In this document: piece after piece, positions 28,502 to 38,237 of the stretch
How positions within the stretch are numbered: position 1 is the stretch's first letter
Layout of the letters: each line of letters begins with the position of its first letter
NCBI GenBank assembly: GCA_963422645.2
Contig: CAXXVO010000018.1
Location: 64,001 to 128,000, forward strand
DNA length: 64,000 nt
From: Alphaproteobacteria bacterium
GTDB lineage: Bacteria > Pseudomonadota > Alphaproteobacteria > UBA828
Direction: 5' to 3'
Notes under the pieces: generated by a model
What the model was told of the DNA's origin: nothing
Seen by the model: the letters and a program-made list of their open reading frames with translations, nothing else
Databases searched by the model: none
Translations under genes and position numbers: made by a program

Positions 28502-28975
28502 ATGACGATGGCTGAATTGACCCTTGAGCAACAGGTGGCGCGGCTCACCGCGATCGAGGACATCAAGCGGATGAAGGCGCAGTACTGCTACTACGCCGAT
28601 CACGGCTACGACCCGGACGGTCTGGCGAGCCTCTTCGTCGAAGACGCCATCTGGGATGGCGGCGACTTCGGTCTCTACGAGGGCAAGGCGGCGATCCGGG
28701 AGTTCTTCGTCGGCATCAAGGACGACATCGTTTTCGCGATCCATCCGGTGATGAACCCGATCATCACGGTGGACGGCGACAGGGCGAACGCGAAGTGGTG
28801 GCTCATCATGTGGTGCACCATGATGGTCGACGGCGAGAAGAAGGCCCGCTGGTTCGCTGCCGAGTACGACGACGACCTGGAGAAGCGCGACGGCCAGTGG
28901 CTCTTCACCCACATCAAGGTCACGGGCAAGTTCTTGGCGGAGCACAGCGAGGGCTGGGCGAACCAGACCGGATAG
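28502..28975 (+). CDS. SnoaL/NTF2-like protein (BaiE/LinA-like)
   Basis: IEDIK..KAQYCYYAD, LFVEDAIWD, HPVMNPIITVDGDRA, Y.D...KRDGQWLF. Confidence 0.75.
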   Translation: MTMAELTLEQQVARLTAIEDIKRMKAQYCYYADHGYDPDGLASLFVEDAIWDGGDFGLYEGKAAIREFFVGIKDDIVFAIHPVMNPIITVDGDRANAKWWLIMWCTMMVDGEKKARWFAAEYDDDLEKRDGQWLFTHIKVTGKFLAEHSEGWANQTG

Positions 28976-29089
28976 GCGAAGAGCGCGCCGCCGCCTCCGC
29001 GCGAGGAGTGGCAGCCTCCAGCGGAGTCCGCCAAGCCGAAGCGTGCGGTCAAATCCAGTCACTGACACGCGCCGTCACGCCCGGGCATG

Positions 29090-29328
29090 CCCGGACCATG
29101 GTGCGGTGCACGAGGTGCGGTTCCTGCGTCAAAATCGCGCCATGCGCTGGGGAAGCGAGGCGGTATCGAAGGTGAACGCGGCGAGTCTCAGGCCCGCACG
29201 ACACCATAGCGTGGGCGGGCCTCTCGATTCCACGCGCACAACCCTTCAGGGGTGCGCGACTCAGGCTCGCGTGCGGGACATCCCACTTATCCCACTTAAT
29301 CCCACTTATCCCGGCGAATCCCGCCAAA
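29090..29328 (+). repeat. Dispersed intergenic repeat, copy B (composite), ending in ATCCCACTT tandem repeats
   Basis: 20-nt identity with 10101-10120; CCCTTCAGG..CGCGAC block; 21-nt match of 29308-29328 to the reverse complement of 57728-57748. Confidence 0.65.
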
Positions 29329-29421
29329 TTAATTTCAGCCTTGTCTCACCGCGGGGAGACAGTGCGGGAGGCGCGGGGTGATTCCTGATTTGGCGCCCGC
29401 GACCCTGCAGGCGCGGGCGAC

Positions 29422-29646
29422 CTAGTTCAGGCCGAAATCTCCGAAGCGCTTGTTGAAGCGCGAGACCTGGCCGCCGCGATCGACGAGGCGCTGGGCGCCG
29501 CCGGTCCACACCGGGTGCGAGAGCGGGTCGATATCGAGGGTGAGCGTGTCGCCCGCCTTGCCCCATGTGGAGCGCGTGGTAAAGGTGCTGCCGTCGGTCC
29601 GAACCACGGTGATCTCGTGATAGTCCGGATGAGTGTCTTTCTTCAT
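29422..29646 (-). CDS. rpmE: 50S ribosomal protein L31
   Basis: [25 protein letters not shown]...LDIDP.SHP.WTGG. Confidence 0.95.
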   Translation of the reverse strand: MKKDTHPDYHEITVVRTDGSTFTTRSTWGKAGDTLTLDIDPLSHPVWTGGAQRLVDRGGQVSRFNKRFGDFGLN

Positions 29647-29762
29647 GGCGGGCCCCGCTTGCCGAGCGGCTTTCATATAGCCGAGGGGCGCAGGGCGCAA
29701 GCGGCTATTGGTTTCGGCACGACTCGGATATCGTCGCGCCATCCGTGCGGGGAGCGGCATCG

Positions 29763-31652
29763 ATGAGCATCTTCAGGCCGGGCGCCGGTCGTCGGCGCGC
29801 CGGCGATTCTTCGGCATCGTCCGCTCTGCCGCCCCGGAGCGAGATCCGCCGCATCCGCTACCTGTTCCGCTTCCTCCGGCCCTACCGCGGGGTGATCGTG
29901 GCGGCGATCGTCGCTCTTTGCGTCAGTGCCGCCGCGGTGCTGGCGATGGGCCAGGGGTTGCGGGTGCTGATCGACGACGGCCTCAGCGCGGAGGAGGTCT
30001 CGCGGCTCCACGAGGCGCTGATCTACATGGCGGGCATGGTGGTGCTGCTGGCGGGCGGCTCCTTCGCGCGCTTCTACCTCGTCTCCTGGCTCGGCGAGCG
30101 GGTGGTAGCCGACATCAGGCGGGCGGTCTTCCGCCGCCTGGTCGGGCTGAGCCCGGCCTTCTTCGAGATCAACAAGGTTGGGGAGCTGCTCTCGCGCGTC
30201 ACCACCGACACCACCCTGCTGCAGACCGTGATCGGCCAGCAGGCATCGTCGGCGCTGCGCAACCTGCTGCTTTTCCTCGGCGCGAGCGCGATGCTGGTGG
30301 TGACAAGCCCGACGCTCACCGGCTTCGTGGTGCTGATGGTGCCCGTGGTGGTGATCCCCATCGTCGTGCTCGGCCGGCGCGTGCGCCGCTACTCGCGCGT
30401 CGCCCAGGACCGTGTCGGCGATGTCGGCGGCCACCTGGAGGAAGCGCTCGGCGGCATCCGTACCGTGCAGGCCTTCGGTCAGGAGGAGCGGAGCGGCGAG
30501 CGTTTCGGGGATCACGTGGAGGCGGCGTTCCGCGCGGCGCTCCATCGCGTGCGTGCGCGCGCGCTGCTGACGGCGATCGTCATCCTGCTGGTCTTCTGCG
30601 GCATCGGCCTCGTGCTCTGGATCGCCGGCACCACCGTGCTCCAGGGCGAGATGACCGGCGGCGAGATGACCGCCTTCATGTTCTACGCCGTGGTGGTCGC
30701 GGGCTCGGTGGGCTCGCTCAGCGAGGTCTACGGCGATATGCAGCACGCCGCCGGCGCCGCCGAGCGGTTGGCGGAGCTCCTGAACGAGGAGCCCGCGCTC
30801 GCGCCTGCGCCCGCCCTGACCAAAGAGCTGCCGGAGCCGCAGCCAGGCGCGGTGGAGCTGGACCGGGCCACCTTTCACTACCCCGCGCGGCCGGATGCGC
30901 CGGCGCTTGAGGGGTTCTCGCTCGCCGTGGCGCCGGGCGAGACGGTCGCCCTGGTCGGCCCCTCGGGCGCGGGCAAGTCGACCGTCTTCAACCTCCTGCT
31001 CCGCTTCTACGACCCGGAGGACGGGCGCGTCATGCTCGACGGCGTGGACCTGCGGGAGGTCTCGCTCAAGGCGGTGCGACGCTCCTTCGCGCTGGTGCCG
31101 CAGGACGCGGTGATCTTCGCCGCGAGCGCGCGGGAGAACATCCGCTTCGGCCGGCCGGAGGCGAGTGACGGCGAGGTCCGCGCCGCGGCGGAGGCGGCGG
31201 GCGCGGCGGCCTTCCTCGACAGCCTGCCCGAGGGCTTCGACACCTTCCTCGGCGAGAAGGGAACCAGGCTCTCGGGCGGGCAGAAGCAGCGCCTGGCGAT
31301 CGCCCGCGCCGTGCTGCGCAACCCGGCGGTGCTGCTGCTCGACGAGGCGACCAGCGCGCTGGATGCCGAGAGCGAGCGCGCCGTGCAGCTCGCGCTGGAG
31401 CAGCTCATGGCGGGGCGGACCACCATCGTCATCGCGCACCGATTGGCCACCGTGCAGAAGGCGGACCGGATCGTGGTGATGGACGAGGGCCGCGTCATTG
31501 CCGAGGGCACGCACCAGTCGCTGATGGCGCGCGGCGGGCTCTACGCCAGGCTCGCCGCGCTCCAGTTCGACGACGGGCGGGAACAGGCCGCGGCCCAGGA
31601 CGAGGCATCGGTGGAGGCCCTCGGCGAGGCGCCGCGCAGCGCGGCCGGTTAA
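29763..31652 (+). CDS. ABC exporter, fused permease/ATPase (MsbA-like)
   Basis: TM domain then [32 protein letters not shown]. Confidence 0.9.
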   Translation: MSIFRPGAGRRRAGDSSASSALPPRSEIRRIRYLFRFLRPYRGVIVAAIVALCVSAAAVLAMGQGLRVLIDDGLSAEEVSRLHEALIYMAGMVVLLAGGSFARFYLVSWLGERVVADIRRAVFRRLVGLSPAFFEINKVGELLSRVTTDTTLLQTVIGQQASSALRNLLLFLGASAMLVVTSPTLTGFVVLMVPVVVIPIVVLGRRVRRYSRVAQDRVGDVGGHLEEALGGIRTVQAFGQEERSGERFGDHVEAAFRAALHRVRARALLTAIVILLVFCGIGLVLWIAGTTVLQGEMTGGEMTAFMFYAVVVAGSVGSLSEVYGDMQHAAGAAERLAELLNEEPALAPAPALTKELPEPQPGAVELDRATFHYPARPDAPALEGFSLAVAPGETVALVGPSGAGKSTVFNLLLRFYDPEDGRVMLDGVDLREVSLKAVRRSFALVPQDAVIFAASARENIRFGRPEASDGEVRAAAEAAGAAAFLDSLPEGFDTFLGEKGTRLSGGQKQRLAIARAVLRNPAVLLLDEATSALDAESERAVQLALEQLMAGRTTIVIAHRLATVQKADRIVVMDEGRVIAEGTHQSLMARGGLYARLAALQFDDGREQAAAQDEASVEALGEAPRSAAG

Positions 31653-31655
31653 CCT

Positions 31656-33086
31656 CTAGCGCTGGGTCAGCTTGAGCTCGATGCGGCGGTTGCGGCGATA
31701 GGCGATTTCGTCCTCGCGGTCGTCGAGGGGCTGGAACTCGCCGTAGCCGGTGGCGCTCAGGCGCTCGGGCGGGATGCCGAGGGCGATAAGGAAGTTCACC
31801 ACCGAGATCGCGCGTGCCGACGAGAGCTCCCAATTCGAGGGGAAGCGGGCCGTCTGAATCGGGCGGCTGTCAGTGTGGCCGTCGACCTGCAGGATCCACG
31901 GCAGTTCCGTCGGGATCTGGACCATGACTTCCCTGAGGACCTGCGTAAACTTCGCCAGCTTGTCGTGGCCCGCCGCCTCCAACTGGTCGGAGGCGGAGGC
32001 GAACAGCACTTCGGACTGGAAGACGAAGCGGTCGCCGATGATGGTGAAGTCGCGCCGGTCGCTCAGCACCTCCCGGAGCCGGCCGAAGAACTCGGAGCGG
32101 TAGGCGGCGAGTTCCTCGACCTTGGCGGCGAGCGCCATGTTGAGGCGCTGGCCGAGGTTGGCGATCGTGACTTCCTGCTCCTCGCTCTCGAGCTCCGAGA
32201 TTTGCAGGGCCGCTTCGACTCGACCGAGCTGCGAGCGGAGCGCGTCGATCTGCTGATTGAGCACGGCGATCTGATCGCGTTGACGCGCGCTGAGCGCTTG
32301 ATTCTCGGCCAGCGCATCCTGGCTGCTGTCGTACGAGGACTGGGCGGCAAGATGAAGCGCCTGGACCTCGGCGAGGCGGATTTCCCGCTCCTCCAGCGTG
32401 CGCTGGGCGAGCACCGTGCGCTCCTGCTCGTCCGAGAGTCGGACTTCCAGCTCCGCCCTGGTGTCGCGCAATGCCGAGAGGTCGGCGCGCACGGCCGCCG
32501 TCTCGTCTTCGCTCTGGTCGAGCTCGCCCCGACTCTCGATCAGCGCCGCGGCCATCACGCCCACCTTCGATTCAAGATCCCTGCGTACCGCATTCAGCGC
32601 ATCGATGTCGCGGCGCAGGCGCTCGATATCGGAGAGCAGGACCTTGAGCTTGTCCTCGCCGGCGTCAGCTCTTATCGCCGACTGGGCTGCTTCGGCCATC
32701 GCGGTCTGCCCCGCGCCCGTCATCTCCCTGAGGCGCAGCTGGAGCGTGTCACGCTCGCCGGTCGCCATCGAGAGCTCGGCGATGAGCTGGTCCCGGACGG
32801 AGAGCGAGGACTGAAGCTGCGACGCGATCTGGGCGATATTGATCCTGAGCTCCGCATTGGCCTGCTGCTCGACGACGAGTTCCTCGTCGAGGCTGCTGAG
32901 CTGGGCGCTGAGGTCGTCCTTTTCCTCGGTTTCCTCCGACAGCGTCCGTTGCAGGAAGTACTGCGCCAGCATGTAGACGACGAGGAGGAAGATCATGACC
33001 AGGAGCAGCGTCGACATCAGGTCGACGAAGCCCGGCCAGTAGTCGGCCTGCGAGCCCCTGCGTCTCAGGCGGGATGCGGCATACAC
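31656..33086 (-). CDS. MotB/OmpA-like peptidoglycan-binding membrane protein with long coiled coil
   Basis: YWPGFVDLMSTLL TM segment with Asp; VDGHTD, NWELSSARA, GYGEFQP, NRRIE. Confidence 0.85.
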   Translation of the reverse strand: MYAASRLRRRGSQADYWPGFVDLMSTLLLVMIFLLVVYMLAQYFLQRTLSEETEEKDDLSAQLSSLDEELVVEQQANAELRINIAQIASQLQSSLSVRDQLIAELSMATGERDTLQLRLREMTGAGQTAMAEAAQSAIRADAGEDKLKVLLSDIERLRRDIDALNAVRRDLESKVGVMAAALIESRGELDQSEDETAAVRADLSALRDTRAELEVRLSDEQERTVLAQRTLEEREIRLAEVQALHLAAQSSYDSSQDALAENQALSARQRDQIAVLNQQIDALRSQLGRVEAALQISELESEEQEVTIANLGQRLNMALAAKVEELAAYRSEFFGRLREVLSDRRDFTIIGDRFVFQSEVLFASASDQLEAAGHDKLAKFTQVLREVMVQIPTELPWILQVDGHTDSRPIQTARFPSNWELSSARAISVVNFLIALGIPPERLSATGYGEFQPLDDREDEIAYRRNRRIELKLTQR

Positions 33087-33104
33087 CGGGCGGGCCTCCC
33101 GCGC

Positions 33105-34262
33105 TCAGTCCTGACGGCGCTCGTTCTCGGCGACCGCCGCTATGGTCCGTGCGAGGAGCTTGATCTCGCTGCGAAGCTCGGCGACCGACTGCTCGCGCCC
33201 GGAGACCAACTCCTCCAACAGCCGTTGGAGATAGACGTCCAGATTACGCAAGTGCGCGCGGCTGGGCTCGTCGAGGCCGGTCTGTCGCGTGGCGCCCGCC
33301 GCGAGCCGTTCCAGCACCGGCCGCATCTCCAGCTGGTTCTCGACCAGCTTGACCATGAGATCCTGCTCGGATCGCATATGGTCCGTGAGCGTGGCCAGCC
33401 GCTCGGTAAGAGAAAGCAGGTTGGCCGAAGAGGATGCGCGCTGCTCTTCTCCGCGCCCGAGCGTTCGCTGCAGCTCCTCGAGGCTGTCGGCGGTCTTCTC
33501 CAACAACGCGCTGACGTAGGCGGGAACCGACTGGTCCCCGTCCATCCCGAGCGTGCCGCCGGAGAGCCGGGTGTAGGAGGACAGCCACTCCTCCGCCTCG
33601 TTGTAGAAGCGGTTCTGCGCCTGGCTCGCCTGCAAATCGAGAAAGCCGAGCACGAGCGAGCCTGCGAGCCCAAAGAGCGACGAACTGAAGGCGGTGCCCA
33701 TACCTTCGAGCGGGGCTTCGAGGCCGCCCTTGAGATTGTCGAAGACGCCGATCATGTCCTGGTTGGCGACCGAGAGATCGCCGATCACGCCGCCCACCGA
33801 GGTCACCGTCTGGAGCAGACCCCAAAACGTGCCGAGCAGGCCGAGGAAGATCAGTAGGCCGATCATGTAGCGCGAGAGATCGCGCGATTCGTCGAGCCGC
33901 GAGCCGATGCCGTCCAGCACGCTGCGGAGCGAGACGGCAGACAGCGTCATGCGGCCGTGCCGGTCCGCGAGCATCGTCGCCAGCGGCGCGAGCAGGCGCG
34001 GTTTGCGTTTCGACGCCGGCGCCGCCGCGCCCGGCACGTCGTTCTGCTTCACCGCCGCGAGCCAGGCGGAATCCGGCTTGAGCAGCAGGACCTGCCGGAA
34101 ATTGTAGACGATGCCGATGATCAGGGCGCCGAGGATGACAGCGTTCAGCACCGAGTTCGCGAAGAAGGCCTCGACCAGGGTCTCGCTCAGCACGACGACC
34201 ACCCCGACCACGAGGGCCAGGAAGAAGCTCATGCGAAGCAGGAATGGTCGTTGTCCGCTCAT
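33105..34262 (-). CDS. MotA/TolQ/ExbB-like membrane protein
   Basis: LIFLGLLGTFWGL, GMGTAFSSSLFGL; C-terminal helical tail; ATG at 34262. Confidence 0.8.
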   Translation of the reverse strand: MSGQRPFLLRMSFFLALVVGVVVVLSETLVEAFFANSVLNAVILGALIIGIVYNFRQVLLLKPDSAWLAAVKQNDVPGAAAPASKRKPRLLAPLATMLADRHGRMTLSAVSLRSVLDGIGSRLDESRDLSRYMIGLLIFLGLLGTFWGLLQTVTSVGGVIGDLSVANQDMIGVFDNLKGGLEAPLEGMGTAFSSSLFGLAGSLVLGFLDLQASQAQNRFYNEAEEWLSSYTRLSGGTLGMDGDQSVPAYVSALLEKTADSLEELQRTLGRGEEQRASSSANLLSLTERLATLTDHMRSEQDLMVKLVENQLEMRPVLERLAAGATRQTGLDEPSRAHLRNLDVYLQRLLEELVSGREQSVAELRSEIKLLARTIAAVAENERRQD

Positions 34263-34448
34263 CGCCTGTCCGTCATCCCCCGGAGCGCCGAATTGGCGCT
34301 CACCGACCGCTCGCAGGCCGCCCCGCGCGGCTTCTCCCCGGCGGCCCTCGCGCAGGCCGCGGCGAACGAGCACATTAGTACAGCGCGCCGCGGGCCGACA
34401 ACCTAAGGGCTGGACACAGGGCTGCAATATGCGTGCTTGAGCATGTCT

Positions 34449-35447
34449 TTAGCCGTCCGAGCGCGCCCGGCCGGTGGCCGCCAGGGGGTGCCCTGCCTCG
34501 ACCAGGCGTCTGAGCCGCTCGTCGAGGACATGGGTGTAGATTTCAGTCGTCGCGATGTCGGCGTGTCCAAGCATCTTCTGCACCGCCCTCAAGTCTGCGC
34601 CGTTGGCGAGCAGATGGCTGGCGAAGGCATGGCGCAGCGCGTGCGGCGAGACCCGGACGGGCTCGATCCCCGCTGCCCGAGCCAGCGTCTTCAGCATCTG
34701 CGCGATGCGATGGCGCGTGAGATGCCCGCTCGCGCCGCGGGAGGGGAAGAGCCAGCGGGAGGGCGCACCCTCGGCCAAGTGACGATCGCGCACCGCGAGA
34801 TAGGCCTCGAGCGCGCGGCGGGCCGGTGCGCCGAGCGGGACCAGGCGTTCCTTGTCGCCCTTGCCTCGCACCAGCAGAGTCCGTGTCTCGGCCGAAATCG
34901 CGTGGAGAGGCAGCGACACCAGCTCCGAGACGCGCAGGCCGCTGCCGTAAAGCAACTCGATCATGGCCCGCAGGCGCAGTCCGTCGGCCTCACGCTTGCT
35001 CGACAGCTCCGCCGCGTCGTCCTGCGGGCACGCTGCCGCCAGCAACCTCTCCACCTCTTCCTCGCTGAGCACGCCGGGAAGCGTGCGGGGGAGCGCAGGC
35101 GACTCCACAGTCGCGGTCGGGTCGTCCTCGCGCCGGCCGTCCGTGAGCAGGAAGCGGTAGAACTGGCGCAGGCACGAGAGCCGACGCGACGCGGTGCGTG
35201 CCGCGGTGCCGGAGCGCCGCTGGGCCGCCAAGAACTCCCGTATCGACTCAGGTTTCGCGTCTGCCAGGGCGACACGGGAGGGCGCGAGGTGGGCAGCGAA
35301 GCACGCGAGATCGCGCCGGTACGCATCGAGCGAATTGCGGGCCAGTCCACGCTCGGCGGCGGCCATTTCGAGAAATGCCTCGATGGCCGCCGCGTCCCCC
35401 TCGCCGAGTGCTGCCTTGGCCACTGGCGGCTGCCCCCGACGCGTCAA
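34449..35447 (-). CDS. xerD: Site-specific tyrosine recombinase XerD
   Basis: LLYGSGLRVSELV, GKGDKERLVP, SPHALRHAFASHLL.NGADLR.VQ.MLGHADI.TTEIYTHV. Confidence 0.92.
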   Translation of the reverse strand: MTRRGQPPVAKAALGEGDAAAIEAFLEMAAAERGLARNSLDAYRRDLACFAAHLAPSRVALADAKPESIREFLAAQRRSGTAARTASRRLSCLRQFYRFLLTDGRREDDPTATVESPALPRTLPGVLSEEEVERLLAAACPQDDAAELSSKREADGLRLRAMIELLYGSGLRVSELVSLPLHAISAETRTLLVRGKGDKERLVPLGAPARRALEAYLAVRDRHLAEGAPSRWLFPSRGASGHLTRHRIAQMLKTLARAAGIEPVRVSPHALRHAFASHLLANGADLRAVQKMLGHADIATTEIYTHVLDERLRRLVEAGHPLAATGRARSDG

Positions 35448-37339
35448 AGACCCGCCGCGAGCGCCGCCTCCAGGGCGATCGCCCGCGCCTCCTTCCGCAG
35501 ACCGGCAGAGACGAGACTGGAGACCACCGGCCCGACCGTCGCAATGCCGGCAGCGGCGGGGCCATCGTCGCCGATCAAGAGCAAGGCCAGCAGGACGGTT
35601 TCTCCGAGCAACCCTCCTTCGGCCGCTTTCTGGAGTCCGTTCGCAAGCGCCGGCGCCGGCGCGCGTGCCGCCACCGCTCGCTCGTCGAGCATCAGGCGAT
35701 CCCAGACCTCGGGGTCGATTCGGCCGCCAAGAGCATCGACCAGGACCGCCAGCCAGTTGGCGCGCGCAAGCGCGACGGCCTCCCCTCCCCTATCGGCGCG
35801 CAACGCCAGCCACGCCTCGAAGGGCGCCGTCTTCAGGTAGACCTCCTCGGCACTCAGAAGCATCAGGGGCCAGAGCCGGACCGCGGAGCGCGCCGCGTCG
35901 GCATCGCGCGGCGCCTCCTCGCTGGCCAGCGCATACCAGGCTGCGGCTGCATCATGGTCACCGGCTGCCATCAGGGCCCGCCCGGCCGCACCGCTGAACC
36001 AGCCGTGCTCGGGCGCTGGCGGAACCGTCCACACCAGGTGCGCCAATCCCCGCGCCATCGTCCCGCGGGCGCCCTGTGCCTCGGCGAGAGCGAGCGCCGC
36101 TGCAAGCAGCTCCGCCCGCAAGGCTGGCGCCGTTTGCGCCTCGATCGCCTGAAGCATGAGGGCGCGGCCAAGCGGCGGCTCCAGCGTCTCGATCTGATCC
36201 AGGGCATCGGCGCGCTCTTCCGGTGAGAACGCAATCGCGCGATAGAGATCGCGAAGTGCCTCAATTGGGAGCGTGCCGGCCGTCTCCGCACGCTCAGCCG
36301 CCGCCAGCCTGATCCCCGGCAAAGACGCCGGCGCGCCCGCAAGCGCGGGCAACACATCCGGCGCCGCCCGTGACACCGCCTCCGCAGGGATCGCGAGCTG
36401 CGCGAGTCGCCAGGCGGCAACCCGCAAGGGTGTCGGATCGGCGAGCGGATCCACCGCCGGCTCCGCCAACCCCGCCATGGCGTAAATCGTGTCGTCGAAC
36501 ACCTGATCGGGCGCGGCATCCGTTTCGAGCAGGAGCTCCAGGCCCAGCGTCGCGGCCTCGATCAAGCCGGCATGGGCCTGACAAAGGACGCGAACACGGC
36601 GCCAGTAGCCATCGCCGGCTCGGCCCGCCTTGCCCAGGATCTGCTCGCACGCGACGTCCAGGTCAAGCGCCGCAAGCAGGCGGTCGTTCTCGATCTGGGC
36701 GCTGAGGATCTGACCGCCTTCCGGCCCCGCGCTCTCCAGTAGGGCAAGAGCAGCATCGCGCGCACCCATGTCGACCAGTCGTCCGACTCGTGCGAGCACC
36801 AGTGCTCCCGCCTCGCCCTGCCCTGCGGGCGGTCGCGCCGGCGATGTGAGCAGCGCCAGCGCCAGCCGCCGCATGGCGACGGAGGGCACCGCGGCCGGCA
36901 GCCGCGGCAACAGGGCTTCGATCCGCGAGCGGCGCGAGCCGGACCAGAAATCGCCGGGAAACGCTTCGATTCCCGGCAGGCCCACGCCGGCCGCGTCAGG
37001 GTCGATCGCCTCGAGCGAACCGACCTCGATGCCCGATTGAGCCGATTCCGGAGCGGTCGCGCCGGGCTCAGCAATCTCCTCCGACTCGACGCCCGACTCG
37101 GCGGGCGAGGCCGCAGTGTCGGTTTTGTCCGAATCCGAGCGCTCGTCATTGGCTTCGTTCTGCTGCTCCGGTATCAGCCGCAGCGGCTCATCGGCGTCTT
37201 GGGCGATGCCGTCGCCCGCGAACGCGATCAGCAGCAAGGCTGCGGAAACGAATCCACCGACGAGTGCGGACCTTGGCTGTCGGACAACCGTTGAGGATAG
37301 GGTCGGTCGCGGCATTCGACTGCCCTCAGGTGCTCTCAC
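35444..37339 (-). CDS. Hypothetical exported helical-repeat protein
   Basis: Long ORF with signal-like segment and acidic linker; 4-nt overlaps with both neighbours. Confidence 0.7.
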   Translation of the reverse strand: MRAPEGSRMPRPTLSSTVVRQPRSALVGGFVSAALLLIAFAGDGIAQDADEPLRLIPEQQNEANDERSDSDKTDTAASPAESGVESEEIAEPGATAPESAQSGIEVGSLEAIDPDAAGVGLPGIEAFPGDFWSGSRRSRIEALLPRLPAAVPSVAMRRLALALLTSPARPPAGQGEAGALVLARVGRLVDMGARDAALALLESAGPEGGQILSAQIENDRLLAALDLDVACEQILGKAGRAGDGYWRRVRVLCQAHAGLIEAATLGLELLLETDAAPDQVFDDTIYAMAGLAEPAVDPLADPTPLRVAAWRLAQLAIPAEAVSRAAPDVLPALAGAPASLPGIRLAAAERAETAGTLPIEALRDLYRAIAFSPEERADALDQIETLEPPLGRALMLQAIEAQTAPALRAELLAAALALAEAQGARGTMARGLAHLVWTVPPAPEHGWFSGAAGRALMAAGDHDAAAAWYALASEEAPRDADAARSAVRLWPLMLLSAEEVYLKTAPFEAWLALRADRGGEAVALARANWLAVLVDALGGRIDPEVWDRLMLDERAVAARAPAPALANGLQKAAEGGLLGETVLLALLLIGDDGPAAAGIATVGPVVSSLVSAGLRKEARAIALEAALAAGL

Positions 37340-37464
37340 TTCTCGAAGCGATCATTGGACAGCACCTTTTCGACGGGACCAGGCGGCGGTGGGATATCCC
37401 AGGTCAAGAGAAACCCGATTCCGCCGCCGATGATAAGCAAGAGGATGATGACGAGGACTTTCAA
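37336..37464 (-). CDS. Small single-TM membrane protein (42 aa), not in the ORF track
   Basis: MKVLVIILLLIIGGGIGFLLTWDIPPPPGPVEKVLSNDRFEK; TTG start; TGA overlaps the GTG of the next gene. Confidence 0.7.
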   Translation of the reverse strand: MKVLVIILLLIIGGGIGFLLTWDIPPPPGPVEKVLSNDRFEK

Positions 37465-37631
37465 CGGGACTTGCCCTCACTCCTGACCAAGCGCCGACGC
37501 TGAATCAGCCGGGAGGCATTCGACGCTTGTGTGTTAGAATCGGATTATGGCGATGGTGTGGCAGTCTATCGGCGCGGACGCGGCGCTTCAACGACGCGCG
37601 GCCGGGCGGGGCGGAGTGTGCCGCTGAGCCG

Positions 37632-38237
37632 ATGACGGCAGATAGAGGGTGCCCGCGGATAGATTGCTCGATCGTCCTCGTGGGTCTGATGGGCGCAGGC
37701 AAGAGCGCAATCGGCCGTCGGCTCGCCAGCCGACTCGGCTTGCCCTTCGTCGACGCCGACGACGAGATCGAACGCGCCGCGGGATGTTCGATCTCGGACA
37801 TCTTCGAGATGCATGGAGAGACGGCATTCCGAGACGGCGAACGGCGAGTCATCGCCCGGCTGCTGGCCCGCCCGCCCCACGTGCTGGCGACCGGCGGGGG
37901 CGCATTCATGGACCCCGAAACGCGCGCTGCGATCCAGAAACGCGGCATAGCGGTCTGGCTTCGCGCTGATCTCGATTTGCTGGTCTCCCGCGTCTCGCGC
38001 CGCAACGACCGCCCGCTGCTGGCCGGAGGCGAGCCGCGCGCAATCCTGCAGCGGCTGATGGACGAGCGTCACCCGATTTACGCCGAGGCCGAGGTTGTCG
38101 TGGAAAGCAGAGACGGACCGCACGAACAGACGGTGGAGGCGGTGCTCGGCGCGCTCCGCGCGCACGTGGAAGCACGGCGGAGACAGCCGTGCCCGGACTC
38201 GTCGTCGGCAAGCATCGAGGCCTCACGCGGTGAATAG
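37632..38237 (+). CDS. aroK: Shikimate kinase
   Basis: IVLVGLMGAGKSAIG, FVDAD.EIE, GE..FRDGE, ATGGG. Confidence 0.93.
   Translation: MTADRGCPRIDCSIVLVGLMGAGKSAIGRRLASRLGLPFVDADDEIERAAGCSISDIFEMHGETAFRDGERRVIARLLARPPHVLATGGGAFMDPETRAAIQKRGIAVWLRADLDLLVSRVSRRNDRPLLAGGEPRAILQRLMDERHPIYAEAEVVVESRDGPHEQTVEAVLGALRAHVEARRRQPCPDSSSASIEASRGE

Noticed and set aside
29280-29328. Tandem repeats as CRISPR or iteron origin
   Set aside because: Units are 9-10 bp, with no spacers and no rep or cas gene
29422-29646. Cysteine-free L31 as a zinc-starvation paralog
   Set aside because: Cys-free L31 is ordinary in this gene context; no Zur-like box seen
31656-34262. Complete Zorya defence system
   Set aside because: No zorC/zorD/zorE-like genes adjacent; flanked by core genes
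34449-35447. Tyrosine recombinase as a prophage or island integrase
   Set aside because: XerD-type motifs and position next to aroK-aroB; no att sites or phage genes
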